In this document: one piece after another, positions 1 through 12,936 of the stretch
Layout of the letters: each line of letters opens with the position of its first letter
How positions within the stretch are numbered: position 1 is the first letter of the stretch
Assembly: GCA_963693365.1 (NCBI GenBank)
Contig: CAVNZM010000016.1
Span: 4,831,149-4,895,148, forward strand
Reading direction: 5' to 3'
Length of the DNA stretch: 64,000 bases
From: Amoebidium appalachense
Taxonomy: Eukaryota > Protista > Ichthyosporea
The notes under the pieces: model-generated
The model's database searches: none
Told to the model about the DNA's origin: nothing
Seen by the model: the letters and a program-made list of their open reading frames with translations, nothing else
Made by a program: the position numbers and the translations under genes

Positions 1-75
1 CCCGAGCCCAGGCCCCGCGCGCGGCAGTTCAACGGTCTCCCATGCAGTTTCCAATTCGCAGAACTCGAGATTCAT
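1..75 (-). CDS. Possible first coding segment of a PDZ-domain protein, running off the window edge
   Basis: ATG at 75-73 opens MNLEFCELETAWETVELPRAGPGLG to position 1. 'VELPR.GPGLG' resembles PDZ strand betaA plus the GLGF loop. Only 25 codons are visible. Confidence 0.4.
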   Translation of the reverse strand, partial: MNLEFCELETAWETVELPRAGPGLG

Positions 76-195
76 CCGGTCACGGTGACGATGCTACCAA
101 GTACTACCTCCTCCTCCTCCCCCCCAGGCTTCCCCCCCCCCCTCCCCCCCCCCCTCCCCCCCCCCCCCCACCGGCCCTTCCCCACCCTCTTCCTA

Positions 196-245
<50 letters not shown>

Positions 246-572
246 AAAAAAAAAAAAACTGAAAAAATGACCCACGGCACCATGCATACTGATACACGGC
301 ACACACGCACAGACACACACGCACACGCACACACGCATGCACGCACGCACGCTCGCACACGCACGCAGTGCCACGCATGGGCATGCACGCACAAACCCAC
401 ACACACGCACGCACGCACGCACAAATCCCGTTCCAACGTGTGTTTCCCCTTTTTCAATATTTTTCAAGTTGATATAATTGGCAACTGTCCCTTTCCCCCC
501 TCCCCCTCCCCCCCCCCCCCCCCATCCCCCTTTTTTTTTAAAAAAAAAAAAATGAAACCCTCACCCTCGAGC

Positions 573-617
<45 letters not shown>

Positions 618-1365
618 ACCCCCCCACCACCACCACCACCACCACCAAAAAAAAAAAAAAAAAAAAAAAAATCATATTAAACCTGCCAGCCGCGCACACG
701 GAGAAACTTTAAGTCTCGACTGCATTGGTTTGTCAAAATCCGCCCGCTTTGATGTATTACAGAGGTGTAAAGGTTTAAAAAGTCGAGCCTTTTTAATTAA
801 AGCTAGCCTCAAAACTTTTACTTCTCAAATTAAAGCATTGCTGTGCATAATTATTGAGCCAGTACCACACCGTGACAGCAGATAGCTCAGTTCGTTTGTG
901 TGATACGAACACAAGTGCACAAGCCTAGGCAAGGCTTCTCACGTGAGCCCAAAACATTCGTCCATATTCACAATTCATACAAACAGTTCAACCCTCAGAG
1001 AGAAAGGCAGAGAGAGAAAGAAAGAGGCAGAGCCCCGGCTCAGAGCGAGAGGAGAAAGGGGGGGAAGGGGGGGGGGAAAGAGGAGGGAGGAAGGGGGGGG
1101 TGGGGGGGGGGGGGGGGATGAGAGGTACTAGAGAGGAGAGGTACTCGAGGGAGGGAGGGAGGAATTCAAAGAGGATGAGAAATTTATCCGTACACGATTT
1201 TGTTGCCCAGCACACCACCCTCAATAAACTGAACTTTGCTGTTTACCAATAGCGGAAAACCCACAAGAACCGGAATTTCCAAAAACCCAACATTACTCCG
1301 CATTTTTTCTAACGTAGTGTGGGGATATGAGGGTTAATGAAATGCGCGCCGCCAGGAATTTTAGC

Positions 1366-2016
1366 TCAAAATGGAGACAAAGAAAAGGACTTGAAACCGT
1401 GGTCGATAAGGATGTCCACCGCCGGCCCCTCCCCACCAATAGCAATTACCTGTAACATGCCATTAGCAGGTTAAAAAAAAAAAAAGTGGTCAACACACAG
1501 GCCCGCCAAGTTGTCATACACACACACAAACATTAACAAATACACATACACAGACACGACACACAGACACACACGCACGCGCGCGCACACTCATACACAC
1601 ATGTACATATAGAAGGAGAGGATGAGCAGGGCTGAGGTGGGGGGAGGGGGGTAGGGGGGAGGGGGAGGAGAAAGAAACTATGTGGTCCCCCCCCCCCCCC
1701 CCCCCCCAGCCCCCGCACCTTTTCTCTCTCTCCCTCACCCCCTCTCCCCTCACCTTCCCCTCCCCCCCCTACACCTCCTTCAGACTCTTCCACTGTGTAT
1801 CTCCCCCCCCCCCCCCCCCCTGCATGATCCTCCTTTCGGCTACCCCCCCCCCCCCCCGCCCCCTCCCCCCCGGCGTCCTTCTCCTCCCTTTTTTTCCCCT
1901 TTCATTTTAATCTTCCCCCCCCCCCCCCCCCCCCAAAAACAAAAACAAAAAACAAAACAAAAAAAAAAAACATCAGGTGCCCGAGCGCGTGCACGCGCGT
2001 GTGTTTTTGTGTGTGA

Positions 2017-2069
<53 letters not shown>

Positions 2070-2923
2070 TGTGTGTGGTGGTGGTGGTGGTGGTGGTGGT
2101 GGGTAGTGGGGTGTATGTGTGGGGAAGGGGGAACGAGGAGGGGAGGGGGGGAGGGGGGGGAGGCGGGAGGGGGGCAGGGGGGAGGGGGGAGGGGGGGGGA
2201 AGAAAAGAGCAAGAAAAGAGCACAATACCTTGACATTTCCAGGGCTCACAGCAATAGAATACTGTGTGGAGCTGGTGAGGGGCACGTGAGGGAGGGACTC
2301 GCCCTGTAAGGTCCAGTGATACATTCCCATACGATGATTGGTGGCTGTGCATATCTCGTCCCCGGCTATCACGACGCTACGCGCTACGAAACCATATGTG
2401 GTTTTGGCTTGGAAGGTCATTTGCTGCGTTGGGAGGTGGTAGACCATGGGACCCTGTGGTCCACCGATTGCCTATAAAAGGAACAGAAGAAGTGACCGTG
2501 GGATATATTAGTCGTGGATATGTGTGATGAACAGAAAATTGGAATCCAATTTGCAACCTGGAGTATATCGAATCTCGTGTCTCCCCCCCCCCCCCCCCCC
2601 CCCCCCGGGGCCGTAAGCGTGGGTGCACATGTGTGTGTGTCGTAACTGTGCGCGGGTGTTTCTTTTTGCGCCGTCCCCCCCCCCCCCCCCTTCTCCCCCT
2701 TTTTCCACATCACTGAGCCTATGCGCACGTGTGCGTGCGTATAACGTGTGCTCAAGTGCATTTGTGTATGCGTGTGCGTGTACATGCATGCACATAGATC
2801 CTTATAAAGCACTACTTAATATCCGTCGTATCTATTAAAGTCCCAATAAGGTGCACATACTTATATAACTTTAAGGGGCCACACACACACACATACACCG
2901 TGACACACACATACACGCGCACA

Positions 2924-3007
<84 letters not shown>

Positions 3008-4944
3008 CCACATATGATGTCTATCCTTTAACGTCGTTTTCCTGAATCTCGTTGGGTAACAGTACTGTTGACCTTGCTGCCTTACGTCATCACAGCTCAC
3101 TTTCATGTCGTCTATAAGCAGCAACCCCCCCCCCCCCCCCCCCCCCCCCCTACAAACCTTCCCCCCACCCCCCACCCCCCTCTCCCCATCCCTCCCTCCC
3201 CCCCCCCCTCCACCCCATCCCCCCCCCCCCCCCTCCCCCCTCCAAATATACAGTGTGCACCCGTACATACCATCCAGGTATCCGTGTCGTCCACATGCAG
3301 TGAGGGCACCCACTGCTTGCCCACCACCTGCAGGTCTTTGCTCCCTTTGCCTGCCCCCGTCCTACCCCCCGATCGACCCTGCCCTCTGTGCATGAAATAA
3401 TCGTCAATATTCTTTCTTCATATTATTGTTATTATTGCTATTATTAATATCGTTATTATTGTTATTATTGTTATTATTAATATCGTTATTATTGTTGTTA
3501 TTATTATTATTAACATCGTTATTATTGTTATTATTGTTATTATTAATATCGTTATTATTGTTAATATTATTATTAATATTGTTGTTGTCCTTGTTGGCGT
3601 TGTTGTTATGATTAGTGTTACTATATTAATTATTACATGAAAATTAACCCCTAGCCGTTCGCCGATGCATTTTTGCATCATTTTCAAAAATAAATGCATC
3701 AGCGACCTTCGAAAATAAATAGCGCCTGACGCGTAATAGTCGTGACGCGAGGAATTTCTGCCTAACTTAGTATATGTTTTCTACTTTCGAAAAACACCAA
3801 AAACACCGGGGTCGACTATGTTTTTCTGGTTCTCGTGGGTGTTCTGCCTAACTGTGTCTATATTTTCAGCGAGCGGCCCCCCAATTTTCGAACGCTGGCG
3901 GCAAGAGGATGCCCGGGATTCACGGATTCCAACCCTGGAATCGATCGGCTGATAAGTGCGTCAATCCGATTTGCGGAGGTCTTTACGGGGATTCATATTA
4001 CGTAACTGTCTTGAAAGAAACCCCGCCGCGGTTGGCAAAATCGACACAAATCATGTGTTCATAACACGTGCGGACATATAGGAACACGCCGTTTTTTTTA
4101 TGAGACACAAAGAAAGACATGATCATGTGCTTGGTGCATTTTTGTCCACTTTGGCTGCCTCTAATGATCTTTTTCTACTTTCAAAGCTGGTCGATTTTGG
4201 CCTCCGGGCGAACGGCTCGGGGTTAAGAGATTGCCAATCATTCCCCCCCCCCCCCCCCCCCTCCCCCCCCTCCCTCCCTCCCCCCCCCCCCCCCCCCCCT
4301 CCAAACACACACACACACACACACACAAACACACAAAAAAGGAGGTCAACCTATGACCCCCCCCCCCCCCCCCCCCCCCCCCCAAAAAACAAACAAACAA
4401 ACAAACAAACAAACAAACAAACAAACAACAACAACAACAAACAAAAAAAAAAAAAAAAAAAACAACAACAACAACACCAGTCTATTTAACAAACACACAA
4501 TGCCGTACTGCGTAAACCAGATAGAGAGAGAGAGAAAGCGAGAACGAGAAGGGAGTCACCAAAAAAACAAAGAAGGGGAGAAAGGGCGGGCTTGACTGAA
4601 TGTGCTTGATTGGGTAGGTGTGTGCAAGAGCTGGGTTCTCCTTTTTATTTTTTGGGTGTCTGTGTTTTTTGTTTTTTTTTTTTTTTTTTTTTTTGGGGGG
4701 GGGGGGGGGGGGGGAGGGAGGGGGACACACGCACACGCACACGCACACGCACCACCCAACACCTAATACATGGAGACACACCAGCCCCAACCTGAAACAC
4801 GTGTCCGTCCAAACTCAGAAAGTGGACTCCGACCTCATCTACTCCACCAAGAATGACTTCAAAAAAAAAAAGAAAAGAAAAGAAAAAAAAGAAAAAGAAA
4901 AAGAAAAAAGGCCCATACCCGTACGCATCTTCACGCCCCCTCCA

Positions 4945-4988
<44 letters not shown>

Positions 4989-5386
4989 AATGCCCCTCCA
5001 TCCCCCCTCCCCCCCCCCCCCCCCCCAAATCCACTTACACCACACACAAACCCACACACACCCACACCCCACCCCCTCTCCCCCCCCCTCCACCCACCCA
5101 CCCACCCACATACTTCTCGCTCGGAATCCCCAGCCCCTTTCCACCGGGTCCAGCAAGTGAAGTGGCAGGGGAAGACCCCACGCCTTTCCTCCCTCCTCCC
5201 CCGGGGGTGGGTGTTGCTGTTCCGCTAGGGGGCAGAGGGGGTGCAAGTTTCTTGTGTTCTGTTCCGGTGTTGCTTGTCTTTTGCTGTCCTCCGGCGGTGT
5301 GTGCAATGTTACCGAGTAGAGGCGGTGGGGTGATGGTGGAGAGACACTGGCCAGATTGCTCGTCTGTGTGTGTGTGTGTGTGTGTG

Positions 5387-5423
<37 letters not shown>

Positions 5424-5478
5424 GGGGGGGGGAGGGGGGGGGGGGAAGTGTGTGTGGGGGGTGGGGGGGGAGGTGTGT

Positions 5479-5545
<67 letters not shown>

Positions 5546-6042
5546 GTATTGTGATGGTTAGGTGTTTGTGGTGCCTGCCCAGAAAACCCAGAATACTATG
5601 TGCTTTGTCGTATCTTCAGATGTGAATGAAGTGCACCCGGGTGGGTATGTGTGCGAGATTTAGGGGGGGGGGGAGGGGGGGAGGGGGGACGGATTGAGGG
5701 GCACAACGATGGGGTGGGGTTTTTTATTTTTTTTGGGAGGAGGAGAGGGGGGGGGGGGGGGGGAGGGGGGTCCCTATAACATGTAAGCTTATATTGCCCA
5801 ACATCACAACTAAATCCTTGGGTGTCGTGTGTGCTTGCAATGACGGAAATCCAGAAACACATACGCTGTCTTCTTCGTCTCTTTGCTTCTTGCTCTGACC
5901 CACCTCTCCTTTTGCCTTTTTAACATTGGGTTAGCATCTAATCTATTCTAGTTTCTGCAATGTTATCGTGCTTTTTTCTGTGTGTGCAGGAAGCAGGAGT
6001 CAACCCTCCAGGGGTTCAGGGAAGGGGTGGGGGGAGGGGGAA

Positions 6043-6082
<40 letters not shown>

Positions 6083-6894
6083 GGGCAAGTACCCCATAGC
6101 TTGACTGTTCCATCCTCTGAACCGGTGACCACCTGACCACACTGCCTCCGGGCTATGCAATGAAGATAGTCTGAGGGGGAGATAACCTGGGATGAGATAG
6201 GTAATCACAAAACATGCTAATTGTAGTCTGAGGGGGAGATAGGCAACCATGACACATTATGAAATGTGGCTAGCCTGAGGGGGAGATAATATGGTGCGAA
6301 ATAGATAGCCACGATGCGCAAGGGTTGGGTGGTAAAAGATGAGACACCTCTGCCATTTAGATAGTTTGCAGATGCAGAGGTGGGTGGTGGTGCTGGTGCT
6401 GGTGATGTGTGCATGTGTGTGTGTGCGGTGTGTGTGTGTGTGTGTGTGTCTGTGTGTGTGTTTTTATTCTTTTTTTTGGGGGGGGGGAGGGAGGTTGTTA
6501 CAAACCTTCGTGGCCTATGTATTGCCTAAGTACAGTGCCTGTGGCCATGTCGAGGGCATATCCTTTGGCATCCCCACATGCAAGATACAGCGTGTTGCCC
6601 TGTGCACATCTGTAAGACGATATCCCCCCCTCCCCCCCCCCCCCCCCTCCCCCCTAACACACACACACACACACACACACACCTCACAAACACACACAAA
6701 CACACTTAAGCACGCCAACTAACCCCACCCTCCAAGGGGAGGAAAAAAAAAAAAAGAACAGAAAAAAGTGTGTGCATGTTGCCACACTTGTCTGTCCATC
6801 CGAAACAGTGGAAACGTTTAATTCGAAAGCGTGCAGGAGGGAGTGTGGGTGTGTGTGTGTGGTGGTGGTGGTGGTGGTGGTGGGGGGGGGGGGG

Positions 6895-6937
<43 letters not shown>

Positions 6938-8846
6938 TAAGGTAACACGTACGTGTCTGGCTATGCCGTTGACTTCGTACTGGGCATGGGTGCTTGCTTG
7001 CCAAGTAAAGGCAGGCTCCAGGGTGTCTGCAGTTTTTTTTTTTTTTTTTTTTTTTTTTGTATTTTTGGGGTTGATTGGTTGGTTACGTGGGTGGGTGGGT
7101 GGGTGAGCGGGCGGTTAGAAAGAGTTATAGAGTAAATCATAGTACACATTCATCAAGGAGAATATATTGCCGAGCGCAACCCAAAATAACAAAAAGTATG
7201 CATAAGAAACAGAGGTATAAATGTAAGCACACACGCAAAACACGCACGAAAAATATAGATAAACAAGACAAAAGAAGATGAAAAACAGCGACCGTTCCTG
7301 CAACCCATGGGCTTTGGACACACTCTCTCCCGACACAGTGCGTCTCTCTGTATGCACGTGTATGTGCATGTACATGAGGATGAGCATGCACACAAACGAT
7401 CGTTGGTGTGGGTGTATGTGCGCGCATGTGACTAAAGGGGTGTGTCACGCGTGCATGCATGTATGTATGTATGTGTATGTGTGTGTGTGTGTGTGTGTTG
7501 TGTTGCAAGCGCTCGCCCGCACCAGGCGTGTGTGCATGTGTGTGCCACTGCCATGTGTGCGCCTGCACATGCCCTTGTAAAATCTTCCCTCTGCATTGGC
7601 AACATAGACCATCACTGGGTGTAGTAGTACGTGCATACAGGGTTCAAGTTATTTCCTCCATGCACACAGTGAACTTCAATGTTTGTACTGGCATTCGGCG
7701 CCAATCGGCACAAAGTTAGATCTTTGAGGTAATGTCATTGGCCAACCACGGTGCGATCTATGTAGGAATTTCTCCTTTGCTCAAATAATAACTGTTAGAG
7801 ACAAACCGTCAACCAATCTTATTGCAAAAACTTTTTTTGCACCAATGGGCGAAAAGTGTCAGTTCTCACATTGTAATGCACCAATGACAACACCAAGTGC
7901 AGGAGGTACAACACACATCATCACCCACCCACCCACCCACCTGTGGTTCTATCTTTAGAGATCACGTGGTCCAATCGGTAGGATAGCAGCCCATCATCAC
8001 AACCACTGTGGGAGAGGGGGAGAAGAGGGGGAGAAGAGGGGGGGGGGGGGGGGAGGGGGAGGGGGGAGGGGGGAGGCACGTCAGGACAGTTCTAACCAAT
8101 GAAAATGGATGATTTTTATTTTAAAAGAAGAGCGGATTGTATCTATTGAGTAAAAGGTATTTGGCATCATTCTAAGAAGTATTAGACCATATGCGGCGTT
8201 ATCGGGAATATGTGAGGAATTGATAGTTATCTGGAATTGTCTTTTGAGTAGTAGATATACACTGCATTACCTATTCACAGATATCTGGCATCATTAATTG
8301 AATAGATACATAGAATCACCTTACAAGCAACAGATATCTGGCATGATCAAATGAGTAATAGATGTCTGTCAACATGAACTCACTAAATATATGGAATTGC
8401 CTAATAAATAGCAGATATCTAACTATCACTGCCTGCATGTCCCCTGCAGCCCAAGAAAAGAACTATGTCGTATGCACACAGCATCTTCAAGTGCAAGCAG
8501 TAATTTCACATGCACACAGTACTATCATGTGCACACAGTACTGTCATGTGCACACAGTACTAGCATGTGCACACAGTACCTGGATGCAATCACTTACCAT
8601 ATGACCATGTCTTCTGTCAGTTGCACACAGTACACTGGGCCCCTGCATACTTTGATCGACCCAAGCGGCTGCAGACTGTGCAAAATAGCCGTTAGCACAC
8701 AGGGCGTCACAACTCCGACATTATTCGACCCCCACTTACCCCCCCCCCCCCCCCCCCCTAACCCCCTCTCTTCTTCCCATTGCACATTCACACACAGACA
8801 CAGACACAGACAGAGAGACACACACACACACACACAGACACACCGA

Positions 8847-8907
<61 letters not shown>

Positions 8908-9825
8908 ACACCACCACCACAGACGCTAGCCCACGTACGCCACGTTTTTTCCTACAGATTTTAGACAACCCAGCCAATAAGGACAAGGGAAACGTGAGGG
9001 AGGGAGAGCCTAAGTTCTTAGCCATGCAGCAAAGACAGAGGTAGGTGATGTGTGCACATGTGTGCGTGTGCCGTGTGTACGTGTGTGGGTACGTGTGTCC
9101 GGATGTATGTTAGTGTGCATGTGTGTGTTTTGTGTGCAGGTTGCTTTGGAGGACTAACGGTACATGGAAACATCCAGAAAATGGTGAAATCCTGATTTCA
9201 GAAGATTGTAGATTGCAATTACACACAAGGATGCACACCCCATAAAAACAAAAAGGAAAGAAAAGCAAAAGGGAAAAAAAAACGAGAAAATGAGGGACGA
9301 CGGGGGGGAAGGGGGGGGGGGGGGGGGGGGGGGTTGAATGCGTCAAAAAGTACGAAGTACACAAGAACAAACGGATAACACGATGCAGAATGCAAGCCAT
9401 ACATAAAGAGTATGCATAATAAGCAGAGCCCATCCTCAGGGGGGCCCCACGTCATCCACAGTACCCGAGTTTCGACCTATTCACCTCGTTAACGAAACCC
9501 AACTCAGATACTGTTTCACTTGAACATGGGTAGGTCACCCGTCTTGATCAGAGACGAGCAGGGTTGCTTATGCAGGCAAGGGCAGTGGGAAAGGCCGGGG
9601 GTTAAAGTTGGGGGGGGGGGGGGGGGGGGGGGAGGGGGGGGGGGGGTGAGCACTTCCACGTCTTTCCGACTGTTTTCCCCTTTTCGTTTTCTCTCTCCCC
9701 ATAATTAGTTTCACCTAACTATAAGCAAAGGCAGGAGAGATGAAATAGATGGGCTCTGCTTACCTGTTGGGATATCCTCTCTGCGCCCATCAGTCGGAGG
9801 ATATGTGTGTGTGTGTGCGTGCGTG

Positions 9826-9921
<96 letters not shown>

Positions 9922-10351
9922 CGCCTGCATGCGTGTGTCCGTGTTGCAAGCAGTGTGTCGTGTGAGCGTCAGCAAGAGAAAGGTCATAGGTGCCCACCGA
10001 GGATAGGATCAAAGACAACTCACAGTTTCTTGAAGATGTGCATCGTAAACTAGTGTGTTCTATTAATACAACCATCACTCAAGCACGGCAATGGGTAGGT
10101 CGAACTGCACATAAGCAAAAAGTGGGGAAGGCAAAAAAAAAAAAAAAGAGAAAGAAAAAAAAAAGGGAGAAGGAAAAAAGAAGAAAGAAAAAAAAAAAGC
10201 TCAAGAATTAGATTTGTGGAATATCACTATTGTCTGGGAGTAATAAGGGAGCTGTTATCGTGTTCCTATCGGGTGTGGTGTTGATGTGTGTGGTGTGGGT
10301 CTGGGTGGGTGGTGATGGCAATGACTGTTGGTTTTTTTTTCTCTCTTTTTT

Positions 10352-10391
<40 letters not shown>

Positions 10392-10398
10392 TTCTTTT

Positions 10399-10451
<53 letters not shown>

Positions 10452-11354
10452 GGGAGGGCTGTATATCATGCAACGTGGAACATGCACCGCTGGTGGCTGT
10501 CATGTGGGTCTAAAACCTCCTCCTCCTCCTCCCCCCCCCCCCCCCCCCCCCCCTCCCCCCCCCTGTCCCCTCCCTCCCTCCCTCCCTCCCTCCCTCCCCC
10601 CTTTTCCCATTCGCCTCCCCTTTCTCATTCTCCCTCTCCCATCCCTTCCCCTCCTTCTTCCTCTCCTCTGCCCTCTCCCTCTCCCCTGTCTCCAGGGTGG
10701 GTGTCGAGCTCACTTCTGTCTCTCTCTATGCCTCTTTCTTTTTTCCTTCTTTTTTTTTTTTGGGGGGGGGGGGGGGGGAGGGGGGGGGGGCGGGGGGGGG
10801 GGGATGGGAGGTATTACACAGTACAAAGTACAAAATATCAAGAGGGGAATCCAAAAACAGAAGCAATTGTGTCCACACAAAGAGTTGCAGTAGGAGGGGG
10901 TGCAGTAGGAGGGGGTGGGGGGTGGGGGGAGGGGGGGGGGGGGGGGAAGAGGGGGGGGGGGGGGAAGGGGAGAGGGGGAAGGGGGGAGGGGAAGGGGGGG
11001 GGGGGGGGGGGGGGGAAGAGGGGGTGGGGAGGGCCGGGGGAAGAGGGGAGGGGGAGGGAAGGGGGAAAGGGGGGGGGGACACGCACGACAGCGTTTGAAA
11101 TGCTCCACACAGCCACCATGCCATTGCTGTAACCTGCAGCTAGGAGAGCCCCATTTGGAGAGAAACAAAGGGCATACACCTTGATGAAGCGCCTCTGAGC
11201 TGCCGCTGCCAAAGATTTCTGGGAAAAAAAAAGGGGGAGAGAGAGAGGAAAACAGGGAGGGAGGGAGGGATTGAGGGAGAAAGGGTGGGTGGGTGGGACC
11301 GGGGGGAGGGGGGGGGAGGGGGGGGGGGGGAGGGAGGGAGGGAGGGGGGAGGGG

Positions 11355-11401
<47 letters not shown>

Positions 11402-12566
11402 GGGAGGGAGGGGGGGGGAGGGGGGGGAGGGGGGGGGGGGGGGAGGGGGGGAATGGAGGACGTGAGGGAGGGAGGGATAGTGGGTGGATGGGCGGGGGTG
11501 GGGAGGGGGGAGTGAGGGGATGGGTGTGGGGGGGGGGGGGGGGGAGGGGGGATTGGGGAGGGGGTTTTGAATGCGGAACACAGTACGAAGTACGCATACA
11601 CGATGAGAAGCATGGTGCAGGACACATGCAAAGGCAAACATTCAAGTATGCAGCATCAGCCATGCGCACAGTATGCGTCATAAGCAGAGCCCATCCTCAG
11701 GGAGGGCCCAAGTCATCAATTGCGTCTGAGTTTCGACCCCTTAGCCCGCGTATATACGACGCTCCAACTCAGACAGCAGCATCAACTGAACTTGGGTGGG
11801 TCAACCCGTCTTGATCAAAGACGAGCAGGGTTGCTTATGCAAGCAAGGTGAGCAAAACGGTGAAGATGTATGTGCAAACTAATGCAGTGCAGCGACAAAC
11901 GCGTATGTGCTTACAGATGCACGACACAGAGCAACCATGCCCGGTTGCATGGAAGTAAAGATGTCTGAGGGGGGGGGGAGGGGGGGGAGGGCTAGTGTTA
12001 AGAATGTGTTACGGAATCGAAGTACACATTCAAAAAACAATAAAAATATTGCCAGAAAAAGCACGCACATAGAATATGCAACAAAGCAGAGCCCAACCCC
12101 CCCGGAAGGGGCGGGGCGGGGCGGGGGCGGGCCCGGGGGGGGGGGGGGGGGGGGGGTTTGAATGCGTCAAAAAGTACGAAGTACACAAGAACAAACGGAT
12201 AACACGATGCAGAATGCAAGCCATACATAAAGAGTATGCATAATAAGCAGAGCCCATCCTCAGGGGGGGCCCACGTCATCCACAGTACCCGAGTTTCGAC
12301 CTATTCCCCTCGGGGGAATAGGCTGTTTTCTTTCTTGTCTTCTATTTTCTTTCCTCTCTCTCTCTTTCCCTCTCTCTCTCTCTTTTTTTTTTTTTTTTTT
12401 TTTGGGGGGGGGGGGGGAGGGGAGAGGGGGTGAGAGACGGAAGCAAAGTTTGCGGGGGGGGGGGGGGGGGGGGGGGGGGGGAGGGGAAGAAGAGAATGAA
12501 AGCGGGGAAGGAGGGGGGGGAGGGGGGGGGGGGAAGGGGAAGGGGGAGAGGAAGAGAGAGAGGGGG

Positions 12567-12618
<52 letters not shown>

Positions 12619-12849
12619 CATAAGAGAGAGAGAGAGAGAGGAAATATAAGAGGAAGAGAGAGACAGAGAGTGGGGAGGGTAGGGAGGGAGAGAGGGGAGG
12701 GGGAGGAGAGAGCGGACAGGGAGGGAGGGAGGAAGAGTGCGGGAGAGAGGGAGGGAGGGAGGGAGGGAGGGAGGGAAGGAGAGAACGAAAGAGAGACAGA
12801 CGAAAGAGAGGAGGAATAGAGACAAAGAGAGAGGTGGGAGGGAGAAAGG

Positions 12850-12936
<87 letters not shown>

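Noticed and set aside
677-1476. TTAA-flanked element (TTAAACCTG...CAGGTTAA)
   Set aside because: The inverted match is only a few bases, and the interval contains the THOC6 last exon.
4790-5990. Coding-looking snippets in THOC6 introns (4790-4860, 5865-5940)
   Set aside because: They are not needed for the THOC6 frame and have no consistent splice partners.
7856-7926. Intronic C/D snoRNA (minus strand GTGATGA...CTGA)
   Set aside because: It lies only about 16 nt from the donor, has a weak terminal stem, and shows no rRNA complementarity that I recognise.
9430-9480. Canonical hammerhead ribozyme in the repeat family
   Set aside because: CUGAGGA and GAAAC are present, but stem I does not pair, stem II has a G-G mismatch, and subfamily B lacks the GUH triplet. 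Kept only as a hypothesis.
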